Positions 24,726-34,431 of a stretch of 64,000 nucleotides of DNA are shown piece after piece. The stretch covers positions 704,001-768,000 of the forward strand of contig CAWAIK010000001.1 in NCBI GenBank assembly GCA_963782115.1, written 5' to 3'. The notes beneath the pieces are model-generated. The model saw only the letters and a list, made by a program, of their open reading frames with translations, did no database searches and was not told the DNA's origin. How positions within the stretch are numbered: the stretch's first letter is position 1; each line of letters starts with the position of its first letter. The stretch comes from an uncultured Verrucomicrobiae bacterium. GTDB taxonomy: Bacteria; Verrucomicrobiota; Verrucomicrobiia; Chthoniobacterales; JAFAMB01. Both the position numbers and the translations under genes were made by a program.

Positions 24726-25687
24726 GGAGTCTGACTTGCCCCGCGTAAATGCTGTGCAAACCTGGTGCTGGCAAGTTCCAGCAGATGCGGCGTCGCCTTC
24801 AGGTAGACCTCGGTGCCAATGATGTTCAAATGGCCGAGGTAGGCGGACAGCAAAGGCAACTTGGTATGAATATCGACGCCCTCGTTGGCCCAGGCTGTGA
24901 GACGATGAACGGCAAAGGCGTGGCGAAACTCGTAAGGACGCGCACCGGCACGGCCTGTGGCAGGCTTGAGGCCCAACTGACGCAACAATCGGCGGATCGC
25001 CTCGGAGGCCGATCTGACCGTGAGCCCCGAGGCATCCCGACGGAGAAAGAATGCCTCTGGATCAGGCCGGCCAAGATCGCGCACCAGCCGTTGTCTCTGG
25101 GCAACGTAGCTACGGAGTTCGGCGACGAGGTCGGAGCGAATGACGACGAGTCGCGAACGGCCTTTGCTGCACCGGATCATCAGGGTGCCGCGGTCGAGAT
25201 TGACATCAGTGGTGTGAAGCCGGGCCGCCTCTCCCAATCTTAAGCCGGTACAGTAGAGCACTAAAATCAAGGGGCGCAGCATCCCGGCCCAGATAAAGTG
25301 GCCATGGTGACGTGAAGCCAAAGCGAGTACCTGACGCACTTCGTCGCGGTTGAAGATGTAAGGCTGAAAGATCGACTCCTTGATCGGAGCCAGCGCGTGC
25401 TCCGGCACGTACCCCGACGGATCGTAGCGTCGGCGGTAAAGACAAAGCTGACGCACGACGCCAAACTCATTGGCCACAGTCACGGCCTTGCATCCAGCGC
25501 GGCGCGCGCACCATTGCCTCACCACGTCGCCGAGTTCGATCTTGCCGTTGCCCCAACGCTGAACAACAAAGCGCAAAAAGGAGTCGAGGACATGTTCGCC
25601 GCGCTGGTAGGTGATGCCCATCGAGCGCTTGAAGCGAAGGAACTCCTTTGCGTCTCGGGCCAGATCTTTGACGGTTATGGTCCTCAT
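24722..25687 (-). CDS. Tyrosine recombinase (RitB-like)
   Basis: GLRLGEA, SKG, YEFRHAFAV..L and LSAYLGH..I.GTEVYL; 4-bp overlaps with both neighbours. Confidence 0.9.
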   Translation of the reverse strand: MRTITVKDLARDAKEFLRFKRSMGITYQRGEHVLDSFLRFVVQRWGNGKIELGDVVRQWCARRAGCKAVTVANEFGVVRQLCLYRRRYDPSGYVPEHALAPIKESIFQPYIFNRDEVRQVLALASRHHGHFIWAGMLRPLILVLYCTGLRLGEAARLHTTDVNLDRGTLMIRCSKGRSRLVVIRSDLVAELRSYVAQRQRLVRDLGRPDPEAFFLRRDASGLTVRSASEAIRRLLRQLGLKPATGRAGARPYEFRHAFAVHRLTAWANEGVDIHTKLPLLSAYLGHLNIIGTEVYLKATPHLLELASTRFAQHLRGASQTP

Positions 25688-26913
25688 GCTGGCACCGGTA
25701 GCGAAATGTTGCGCAGCGTCTCCGGCGCGATCCTGACATAGGCGGAGATCGACTCTGAATCACGATGGCCGAGCAAATCGGAAAGCACCTGGGGACGCAC
25801 TCCCAAATCGATCTGACGCGCGGCATGTGTGTGGCGCAGGACATGACTGCCCAGGCGAGATGCGTCCAGCCCGGCCGCCCTGCCATGCTTGATCAGGATA
25901 TGGCGAATCGACGACGAACCGTCCAAAGAATGGAAGGGCATCTTCATGGCTACGAACAGGTGCCTGGTTGGGGTGTTTTGGGGCCGGCCCTTGCGCAGGT
26001 AGGATGCGAGGGCTTTGGCCACGGGCGGCACCAAGGGTAGCATGAAGGTCACGCCGGTCTTCGGACGTATCACTCTGATCGTAGCCGCAGTCCAGTCGAT
26101 ATCTTCGAATTGCAGTCGAATAACTTCGCCCGCCCCGAAGCCATAGGTGCTCATCATCAGCAGGAGTGCGTGGTCGCGCAGTCCTCGCGACGTGGATGTA
26201 TCCACCGAGCGGAGAAGGCGTCGCACCTCTTCCCAATATAATGCACGGCGTGGGCGTTCAAACCTGGGCTGCACCGGCGAAATCACGGCCTCGGCCAGAT
26301 CGATTGGGATACGGCTTGTGGCAAACAGGAATCGACTGAAAGAACGGATGCTTCCAGCCATATCCGCCACGGTCGAGCGAGAATAGCGGCGCGCTCCCTC
26401 GATCAGGAAATCATCGACATCCAACAGCGCCATCGTGCGCCAGGTCTTGCCCCGCCCGGCGAGGTATTCGAAGAGCTTGCCGACATGGGCCAACTTTTTA
26501 CGTATCGTCACGGCAGGGTTACCGCGATGACGGTCAAGATGAGCCGCATACTCTCGCAAAAGCGCCGATGCGGGCGCCCGCGTAGGCCGCGGGACGTGCC
26601 ACGACGGCACGACTATCCCCATGACGCGGTAAACACGACTGAGGGCCCGCAATGCGGCTCCCGCCTTGCTAACGCGAAGTCGAGTGAGATGTCGGCGCCG
26701 CGCATACCAAACGAAAAACCGACGCGCGCCTTCCAGAGTCAACTCGGCACATTCTTTCAACTTGTGTCGTACCAGATAGGCGCGAAACCGCCTGATCCAC
26801 TGGAGGTAGACCTTGGCAGTGCTCTCTTGCAGGCAACGGTCGGTACGCCAGATACGGTTGATGTCCTCTGTGGTGGGCGGGACTGGGGTGGTTTGATTAA
26901 AGGGCTGTCGCAT
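25684..26913 (-). CDS. Tyrosine recombinase (RitA-like), first catalytic Arg replaced by Gly
   Basis: GLRDHALL...YGFGAGEV, RPKTG, HVLRHT, LLGH and SAY. Confidence 0.88.
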   Translation of the reverse strand: MRQPFNQTTPVPPTTEDINRIWRTDRCLQESTAKVYLQWIRRFRAYLVRHKLKECAELTLEGARRFFVWYARRRHLTRLRVSKAGAALRALSRVYRVMGIVVPSWHVPRPTRAPASALLREYAAHLDRHRGNPAVTIRKKLAHVGKLFEYLAGRGKTWRTMALLDVDDFLIEGARRYSRSTVADMAGSIRSFSRFLFATSRIPIDLAEAVISPVQPRFERPRRALYWEEVRRLLRSVDTSTSRGLRDHALLLMMSTYGFGAGEVIRLQFEDIDWTAATIRVIRPKTGVTFMLPLVPPVAKALASYLRKGRPQNTPTRHLFVAMKMPFHSLDGSSSIRHILIKHGRAAGLDASRLGSHVLRHTHAARQIDLGVRPQVLSDLLGHRDSESISAYVRIAPETLRNISLPVPA

Positions 26914-27584
26914 GGGGCTGGTAACCTGTCAGGCATCGCACTGTAGAATGGGGCTATCTGTCCGTCAGTCCCCACTCTGTGTTGGTGATCGCTAACACGG
27001 CACCCTCGCCATGACGACTTTCGCTCGAATCCCAGTGGTGCCGGTATCGCACTTAGAATCTGCGGTGACAGCGACCTGCGAAGCCCGAGTAACACGGAAC
27101 CCGCGTCGAAACTTATACCCGAAAAATCCTTTTCCGACGCGCCGATAAATGCCTCAGGCATCTTCCGCCTCACGGCGTCCAGAGAGGCTCGAACCGAGCT
27201 AATCCGACGCCGCAACCAACGGACGGCACTCGGCAACGTCACGTCTGGCCCGCGCAGTGTGTCGGCGGCAGCCTCTTGGCTTTTGGCCGAACACGCCGTG
27301 ACGATACTCTCCTCAATTGAATCAAGCAGCCCGGGCATTCGGCTGGCCACGAAGTCAGGGATCAGGCTGAAGGTTCGATGGCCTTCAGGACAATACCATC
27401 GCGCGATGCGCAATCCTGACGACGATAATCGTTCATAGCTGCCGTGACGAGCAAACGAGCAACCGCCTGATGGATGCATCGGGCAAGCAGGCAATCGGAC
27501 ATCGTTCCACTCACGGTTCCTGATGTAGGCATCGACGCTCGATAATGTTCGTAGCGGAATCTGCATGGCGGGTCTCAACGTCAT
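26757..27584 (-). CDS. Zinc-finger/HTH accessory protein (DUF6431-like) inside the RIT repeats
   Basis: CPMH...C.F.RHGSYER...R(W)YC...HRTFSLIPDF...AVRWLRRR; the C-terminal overlap with RitA may be a spurious extension. Confidence 0.6.
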   Translation of the reverse strand: MTLRPAMQIPLRTLSSVDAYIRNREWNDVRLPACPMHPSGGCSFARHGSYERLSSSGLRIARWYCPEGHRTFSLIPDFVASRMPGLLDSIEESIVTACSAKSQEAAADTLRGPDVTLPSAVRWLRRRISSVRASLDAVRRKMPEAFIGASEKDFSGISFDAGSVLLGLRRSLSPQILSAIPAPLGFERKSSWRGCRVSDHQHRVGTDGQIAPFYSAMPDRLPAPCDSPLIKPPQSRPPQRTSTVSGVPTVACKRALPRSTSSGSGGFAPIWYDTS

Positions 27585-27695
27585 CCAGGCACCACAGCGA
27601 TTAGTCGAGTTTTATCTGGAGACCACCGCAGCCAATCCTAGAGGGCCAAGTCTGCTACCTCGGCCTTCACTCCAAATAAAAACGCTCTCCAGATA

Positions 27696-28759
27696 ATGCG
27701 CCCAACAATAGGCCAGCTGCAGCAGCTCCTTTAAAAAAGAATAGGCCTTGTAGCGATCCACCACTACCATCGGCTCATAGCGGCAGCGAGCCTCCTGCGG
27801 CTCGTAGCCAAAATAGGCTTTGGGTACGGCTGCGGAGCGTGAGGGGGCGACAATATAAAGTCGGGTCTGGCGAGTAACGACTACCCAAAGCCACCACCGA
27901 TGGCTGCCCTTGTTAGGTTCTTGGACGAAGACTTCCCACCGCGTCTCATCCATCAGGCACAAAGCGGCTTGGCGGCTCTGTGCCTGGATGGCCCCATAGA
28001 GTGGATCAAACAGCGGCGTGAGCTTTTTGAGCGCCCCGCACAGAGTCCCGACACTCAACTCCAGGCCCGCGCTACGTATTATACCATCGCCCGGATGCGC
28101 TCCAGCGGCATATGGTAAAGAAACTTGAGCACCAGCACTTCACTGAGGAAACTGGGGGCCAGAATGCCTTTGGGAATCAAGGCCGGCGTAAGGGGTGCGG
28201 AGATGATGTCCGGACGCTGCGGCTGGCAATGGCAGCCGGAGGGACGACGATACTTCGGCCGAATGGTCCGACGCCGAAACAGGCGCACTTCCCATTCGAT
28301 CTGTTCGCTGGTGTGAGGGGCCCCAAAGCTTTCCCACGCCAAGCCGCAGAACGGACAGCGCTTTTGTTGCTCACAGAGGTCCAACACCGTCTCTACCACC
28401 GGAAGATTCTTCCGGAGTTTACGGCCATGACCGGCACTCCCTGGTTGCTGACCCCGTGCTCGAGGACCGACGCCGCTTTCCCCGGTTGCGCTCGCAGGGG
28501 TCGCTCGGCGGGCTCGCTCGCTCTTACGACCAAAGAGTCGGTGCTGAAGTTCGGCCACCTTGGCTTTGAGCACGTCCACTTGGGCCGCCAGTTCTTGAGC
28601 ACGTTGGACGGCGCGTTGATGCTGGGTGCGGTAATAATGAGCCTGCTGCCGCAGAGCGATTACTTCGGCTCGCAGCAGCCGATTCTGCTCTTGGAGCACG
28701 GCTTGTTCCTGCCGCAGCGTACTTGCCTCCGTCCCGCCAGATTGCTCGGTGGCCACCAT
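27696..28759 (-). pseudogene. IS66 TnpC, N-terminal part (frameshift near 28075)
   Basis: Coiled coil with LFGRKSER, GQQPG..GHGR, CPFCG, MDETRW, VVDRYKAY and LAYCWAH ending at the insertion junction. Confidence 0.88.
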
Positions 28760-29331
28760 ACTTGTGGCCCCACCATAGCGGGCTGCCTGCGCCGTGTCCC
28801 GCAGAAAATAGCCCTAGCCGCTTTTTTCCGCAGACGCGTTCACCGAATATTTACCTAATGCGCAATCTAAGTGACTTGCGTTCAAAGAGTTATTCCCGAG
28901 CCAACGAGCCAACGATGGGAACGTTAACGCGTTCTGGTAGTCGCGTTCGGTCAGTAGTGCCAGTAAATCGGCCGCTAGGCCGACGAAGGCCTCCGCATCA
29001 ACCTGGCCCACCCAAAACGGATCCGGTGGCTGACCATGCAAGCAATCGATCAGCGTCGATCTAATTGCAGCGTCACCTGCAGGGAAGCGCTTTGAGACGT
29101 GACCAGTGGTGGAGCGCCACGTCGCAATACTTACAGTAAATTTCGTCGCCATGGCTTCCGCGCACGGCGATCATCCTTAAAATAGGCAGGCGAGTTTATC
29201 AATCCATGAAGCCGAGCGGAGGTCACGCGCTATCGATGAACAAGGCAAAGGGAAAATTTGGTGCCGGACCTTTCGAGAAGACTCGGTAAAAACTTTGACA
29301 TGCCCCATGCAGAAAAGCATTTTTCACAAAT

Positions 29332-30217
29332 ATGCCAATGGCAACGATTACTTTCGACGGGAACAAAATATTCAAGTTGGTCTACGAGTTCACCTCTCGG
29401 GTCATGCGAAGCGATTATGGGGAAGGTCGGTTCAGCAACGGATGGCAAAAGACCGTGCCTGGCACTCAGATCGCCTATGTGATCGTCCCCGCCTTTACTG
29501 TGAAAAAAAAATCAACAGCCCAAGTGAAGCCAGGGCAACTCGTCATCACCGGAAAGGAGATCGTTTTCGAAGGACGCATCAGCGGAGTCCCAAGGTTAGA
29601 TCTACCGAATTGGAAGGCCGGAGTATTGCAAACGATTTATAAATCCGAAAGAATTGCGCATTACGAGGGTGGGTTTAATCGAATCGTGAGCCTAAATACA
29701 AACAACGGGCCACTGGCAGATCAGGAGGAAGGTGACGCACCTTTCGCTTGCGACCGCAAAGAGCCTATCCGCGGTACATATATAATTAGCACCCATGATG
29801 CTCCCAATTTTGACATGCCTTTATACGCTGGCCTGGGAAACGCGAAGCTGCAAAGCACGTCGGGGGAGGATTCGTTCTGTACGTTCCTCGTTCTGGTCCG
29901 GGAGCAAGACAAATCGAGACAAATCCATCATTGAACTATCCAGGATATCCTGGAAGATTAGCTGGGAAGGTAAATTCAACTGGAGAGATCACAAAGATTG
30001 GCGCGAAGAAAATCCTTGGTCGCCTCGAGATGTTAATGCGTTTTTTCAAGTCCAGCAGCCGCAGGCCACGGGAAATCTGCACGAGAAAATAAAGTTTACC
30101 CCTTATCTACCGTTTAGCCTAAAGACAACACCAGCCGCTGAATTTCGCGACATCTTTGAGGGCGGGAAATGGACGCGTACAGGAGTACAGACGCTCGATA
30201 CATGGATCAGCTGGTGA
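29332..30217 (+). pseudogene. Hypothetical protein split by a 10-bp tandem duplication
   Basis: ORFs 29332-29934 and the 3' part of 29795-30217 join in frame if one copy in AGACAAATC-G-AGACAAATC (29907-29925) is removed. Confidence 0.6.
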
Positions 30218-30309
30218 AGCTTTTCCTTCCGTATTAGTGAGCCGTGTCGGTTCGTGTACTTAATAGCAATTCCCTGGTTCTTGGGATACGAAAAAATGGC
30301 AGGCATGGC

Positions 30310-30900
30310 GAGTGTTGTTGCTGTCCCAGAGGAGTGCCATCCCGTGATAGCTGCTGGTTGTTACTAGCGCGCCGTCTCGCATATAATGGTGATGGCGTTG
30401 CGTTCAAAATGGGCCGTCGGCAAGGCGCAAGGAGGGAGCATATCTGAATCGATACGTAACCGACGAGCAACGCGGCCGCCGGCCCATTTTCAACGCAACC
30501 CTCCGGGCCGCGGCCGGTTGGCTGTTTTTCCGCGTTGCTCGCTCGACCCGTATGACTCAGATATGGGCGCTTCGCTCGCGCCTTGAAAAACAGCCAACTG
30601 ACCTCCGGCGACATCACCATTATATGCGAGACGGTGCACTAGCCGGCGGCTATCCGGGCCGATTGCTACCGAATTGACAGGGCCGCCGTGAGCCCGCAAT
30701 ACCAGCGGCGTCGCTGAGAGGTCGTTAGCCGTCAAATCCCAGAGGCGCGCCGTCCCGTCACAGCTGCCCGTCGTCACCAACCAGCGGCTGTCCGAACTGA
30801 TCGCTACCAAGGGAACAGCGAGCCCCCGTCCCGGCAAGTCTTCCTGGAGTACCCGCGGCTTCGCGCAGGGGTCGTTGGCCGTCAGGTCCCAGAGTCGCAC
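30310..30900 (-). pseudogene. WD40-repeat protein fragment interrupted by a MITE
   Basis: RLWDLTAND, VAISSDSRWLVTTGSCDGTARLWD, H.GPVNSVAIGPDSRRL|VTTSSYHGMALLWD read across the insertion. Confidence 0.75.
30364..30642. mobile_element. 279-bp MITE-like element at a CTAG target
   Basis: CTAGCGCGCCGTCTCGCATATAATGGTGATG versus the reverse complement of the right end CTAGTGCACCGTCTCGCATATAATGGTGATG. Removal restores the WD40 frame. Confidence 0.8.
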
Positions 30901-31545
30901 CAAGTCTTGGCCTCGTCCTTGAACTGGGTAAAGAGTCGCACTTTCAGGCCTAGTGACGTCGGTCGGCGAGGCGCCCAAGCCGGCCACCTCGGTGATATCC
31001 GGGCTGGAAATCATTCGGACCGAGTTCGCTCCCGATGACTCCCTGTCGTGCTGATCGGGTTGGAGATCAAGAACACTGGCGCCCAACCGGAGAGCACCAC
31101 TCTCACGTTCCAACCCACGAGCGAAATTCTACCGGCTTACCCATGGTCGGGCACGACGCCAACCTCGGATCGGCTCGATCAGAAAGATAATGTCAGTATT
31201 GATCCGCTGATCGACGGGTTAGCCTTTTCCGAACCCGGCAACCTTGGTATGCGCTGGTCACCGGTCGGGCTAAGGAGCATGGGCCACAAGACACTATGCT
31301 CTTCCAAGGCGCATCGAACACCGGCAACCTCGGAAAGAAGGCGTTTGGCCAACTCAACTGGCAGTTGATAATTGCTCCGGGATCGACCGTCAAAATCTGG
31401 CTGGCCGTGGGGCGGTTGCTAGACATCGCCTACGGCTTGTGGTTGTCAATTATAAGTAGAAACCCTGCCTGGATGGTTTTGGTACCATTAAAGTAATTTC
31501 CAACTCCTACAATGTTGCCACGTTTCATAGCGAGCCGGTGGTATA

Positions 31546-31866
31546 TCAATCTTTCGTCGGGTCTTTTTCGGACAAATACTCTAGAGTATCGAGTTGCGCT
31601 GCAAGCGCCGTAACCACATATGCATCAAACTCCGACGCCGAACAATTTTGAGGCACCACGACGGCGAGAGGCATGTTGGATTTGGGATTGATGAACATGA
31701 AATCCCAATGTTTAGTGCCGCTACTGCTTTTTGCTAAATAAGTCAAATGGGGAAACGTTGTTCCCCACCTTGCTATAATCTCGTCCGGGGAATTTGCGTA
31801 GCCAACAATCGCCATTCCCGTCGTACACAAAACGACAATGATGATTCGCATTAAAGCTCGTCGCAT
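31546..31866 (-). CDS. Hypothetical exported protein
   Basis: Signal-peptide-like N-terminus with an upstream GAAAGGAAG ribosome-binding site. Confidence 0.55.
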   Translation of the reverse strand: MRRALMRIIIVVLCTTGMAIVGYANSPDEIIARWGTTFPHLTYLAKSSSGTKHWDFMFINPKSNMPLAVVVPQNCSASEFDAYVVTALAAQLDTLEYLSEKDPTKD

Positions 31867-32251
31867 AAGATCTTCCTTTCGTTCTTACTGTTGAATCGGG
31901 GGCTGCTGTCCAAGTGCCGTAGCGAGACCCTTCAACCGAGCGACACCCGAAGGGGTTCGGGACCAACGAATAGGAAAGTCCACGCTTCATAAAGAGTTCT
32001 TGACGGCTATTTAACCAATTTCCAAATATTTTAGTGGAATCAATTGCGCTTGCGTACCTGCGGTCACCATGGGAGAATTTAGACCGACAAGTTGACTTGG
32101 CGTTACGCTATCCTATTTTCGGGATCACTTTTCCGGCAACAAGGAGTATTTATCCGAGGGGGATTGGCCTAACGAGGTTGGCCCGAAGGCGGCTCGTTCG
32201 AATATTGGCGTTATCTCCGGATGAGCACTGTCGGCGACGGTTCGGTCAACA

Positions 32252-32530
32252 CTACGAATTGTAGTCATACTGGGTGTGCATGTCATCGACGCCGATAACC
32301 GGCAGCACCTTGTACAGCCGGTCCTTTTGGACTGCATGGGGAAGATCCTGGAAACGCACCATGACCTCCTGGGCGCTGCGCACAGGATGAGCTATTAGCT
32401 GGGCTTCCCAGTAAGCGAAGTCCTTCTTATCAGGATGATCCCAGTTGGTTTTACCCCAAGCAACCCAGTCACCTTGCTTCAATTGCCGGAGATCTCCACG
32501 GCTTAATTTTTTAAAGGTGTCGGTCGTCAA
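32252..32530 (-). CDS. Small hypothetical protein, SH3-like pattern
   Basis: LKQGDWVAWG...VMVRF; start uncertain. Confidence 0.4.
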   Translation of the reverse strand: MTTDTFKKLSRGDLRQLKQGDWVAWGKTNWDHPDKKDFAYWEAQLIAHPVRSAQEVMVRFQDLPHAVQKDRLYKVLPVIGVDDMHTQYDYNS

Positions 32531-32589
32531 TTAAGCGCCAACTCCCGTTATTACGATTTTCGTGAACTTGATTTCACCTTCAACAGTTT

Positions 32590-33342
32590 TCATTTTTTGA
32601 CCCCGTGTGTGTACGTCAACTTTAGGTGAGGGGCGTTGTTGGGTATCTCTTCGACCGCAGGTGGGGGTGCGACTGGCAGAGGCGGCGGCACGACTGGCGC
32701 AGCAGGGGGCGGGATTGGTGAGGCGGTTGGAGATGCCGGAGTTGCACCATTGGCCAAAAGCTCCAAGACAGACTTTATGAAGTTCACATTGACCGGGTTT
32801 ATCCCAAAAAAAAGATGAGTGTTGTTACGAGCGTAATCGGTCTCTATGGTAAATTCGAAGTCATTAGTCCCATCTCCGTTACCCGCTTGAAAGGACATGA
32901 TATGCGAAAGAGGGATGCGAGCGGATTTTTCTTGTGAGAGGAATGACAGCGCTTGATTGCTTAAAACCAAGCATCCGCCACCTTGTTCAACCATTGATGT
33001 ACGTTGGACACTGCGTCCCTTGTTGGCTCCGGTGCGAATCCAAAAGCCTTTAGCGATGCGAACTGAAGTTCCTGCGCTGCGGCCAGCCCATTCCGAGTGA
33101 ACGGCTGAACAGTAATGTGTTACCCCATTAAAGGCGTAAAGGAGGTTTTCCCCTTTTTTACAGAGGTAACTTACACCCGTTAGAGTGAAACCGCTGGGAG
33201 TAGTCCCGTTGCGGAGCTTATCCAGCGCTTCTTTTTGATATTCCGCATCGTTTGCGCTGGGGGCGGGATAAGCAAGTGCAAAGTCACGTGCAGGGTCTGG
33301 GGCGTTGTCGCCGAATCCGAATAATGATTTCAAGAAGCCCAT
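32590..33342 (-). CDS. Hypothetical protein with a PH-like domain pattern and Pro-rich tail
   Basis: MGFLKSLFG, GENL..., G.SVRIAKG..IRTG, G.LVLSNQ.L.F....KS.RIPL..I; 250 aa. Confidence 0.6.
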   Translation of the reverse strand: MGFLKSLFGFGDNAPDPARDFALAYPAPSANDAEYQKEALDKLRNGTTPSGFTLTGVSYLCKKGENLLYAFNGVTHYCSAVHSEWAGRSAGTSVRIAKGFWIRTGANKGRSVQRTSMVEQGGGCLVLSNQALSFLSQEKSARIPLSHIMSFQAGNGDGTNDFEFTIETDYARNNTHLFFGINPVNVNFIKSVLELLANGATPASPTASPIPPPAAPVVPPPLPVAPPPAVEEIPNNAPHLKLTYTHGVKK

Positions 33343-33737
33343 AACTAATACATGTCACTAGAAACCCACGGTTTCACCAGTTTTGTGCCTTTCTGACGCC
33401 GGTCTGGAAGACCTTATACAATAAAGGAGATAGCATCGTCGTACTTCCGGCCCCGCCCAAGAGCTTCACGAGGTTTCGCAGGTTTAAAATCGGCAAAATT
33501 GAGGAAAGCCTTAATTTTATCTCTCAGTTACCTCAAACATTTAACCAGTTTTCACTTTTTTGAACGCTGGTTTGATTGACAGCGCTGCTTTTCGGCTTCC
33601 AGTTTCTCCAACTTACGTTGGACCTCCTGATCGAAATCGGTGGGGGAGTGCAGCGCCTTGCAGTAGTCACAGAGCTGGCCGATCTCCTCATCGGTGAACT
33701 CGTCAATATTGTCTGCGGCAGGAAGTTAAGAGTCCCT

Positions 33738-33848
33738 GTTACACTATTATCAATAGTGTAACGTCCTGTGTTGATTTCCTGGGCTAAATAAGGCCCTAAT
33801 GCCGATGTTTTCCTCAAGAATGTTACGAAACCGCCGATTATTGTAACA
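33738..33848. promoter_or_regulatory. Putative recombination (res-like) site upstream of the recombinase
   Basis: GTTACACTATT-ATC-AATAGTGTAAC (33738-33762) and TGTTACGAAAC-CGCCGA-TTATTGTAACA (33821-33848), the latter ending 1 bp before the ATG. Confidence 0.55.
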
Positions 33849-33849
33849 T

Positions 33850-34431
33850 ATGCAGATAGTTAATGAAAAGGGCGAACGTCTTTACTTCACGGAGGAGCAG
33901 CGCAGAGCGCTTCTGGCTGCTGCGGCTAAAGCGCCTCGGGAGGTCCGGTCCTTCTGCAGTGTCCTGTGCTATACAGGTTGCCGAATATCGGAAGCACTGG
34001 CGCTGACGGCTAAATGCATCGATTTGTCGGCCAAGGTGATTGTCATCGAGAGCCTGAAAAAGCGAAAGGCTGGCGTTCACCGGCAGGTGCCCGTCCCGTC
34101 AGAGCTGCTCGACACCATGGACATGGTTCACGGCATCCGTGAGATTCAGAGAAAAGGTCGAGCCCGACTCAATCGGCGTCTGTGGACCTGGAGCCGTATG
34201 ACGGCGTGGCGAAAGATGGCTGCGCTCATCAAAGCAGCTGGCATCCCCGACGGACCGCATGCGTCGCCGAAAGGCTTGCGGCACGGGTTTGGCGTCACGG
34301 CTGTTAGCAAGGGCATCGCACTCAACATGGTTCAGAAATGGCTTGGCCACTCACAACTAACCACTACGGCCATTTATGCAAACGCCGTCGGGGAGGAGGA
34401 GCAGAGCATCGCATCGAGGATGTGGACCTAA
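33850..34431 (+). CDS. Short catalytic-domain-only tyrosine recombinase (resolvase/FimB-like)
   Basis: TGCRISEALAL, LKKR, KGLRHGFG, WLGH and TAIY; 193 aa. Confidence 0.9.
   Translation: MQIVNEKGERLYFTEEQRRALLAAAAKAPREVRSFCSVLCYTGCRISEALALTAKCIDLSAKVIVIESLKKRKAGVHRQVPVPSELLDTMDMVHGIREIQRKGRARLNRRLWTWSRMTAWRKMAALIKAAGIPDGPHASPKGLRHGFGVTAVSKGIALNMVQKWLGHSQLTTTAIYANAVGEEEQSIASRMWT

Larger units (their letters stand above)
23605..27699 (-). mobile_element. RIT-type element (three tyrosine recombinases plus a fourth ORF) with 91-bp perfect terminal inverted repeats
   Basis: 23605-23695 is the exact reverse complement of 27609-27699; three overlapping recombinase genes lie between them. Confidence 0.9.
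19385..28854 (-). mobile_element. IS66-family element (TnpC + DUF4338, no tnpA/tnpB seen) carrying a nested 6.7-kb insertion
   Basis: 16-bp perfect IR GTAAATATTCGGTGAA (19385-19400) / TTCACCGAATATTTAC (28839-28854). TnpC halves lie at both ends; no 8-bp target duplication is visible. Confidence 0.88.

Noticed and set aside
28860..29152. TniQ-like fragment or Tn7 end
   Set aside because: The resemblance is only impressionistic; there is no Zn-finger motif or TG-ended terminus to support it.
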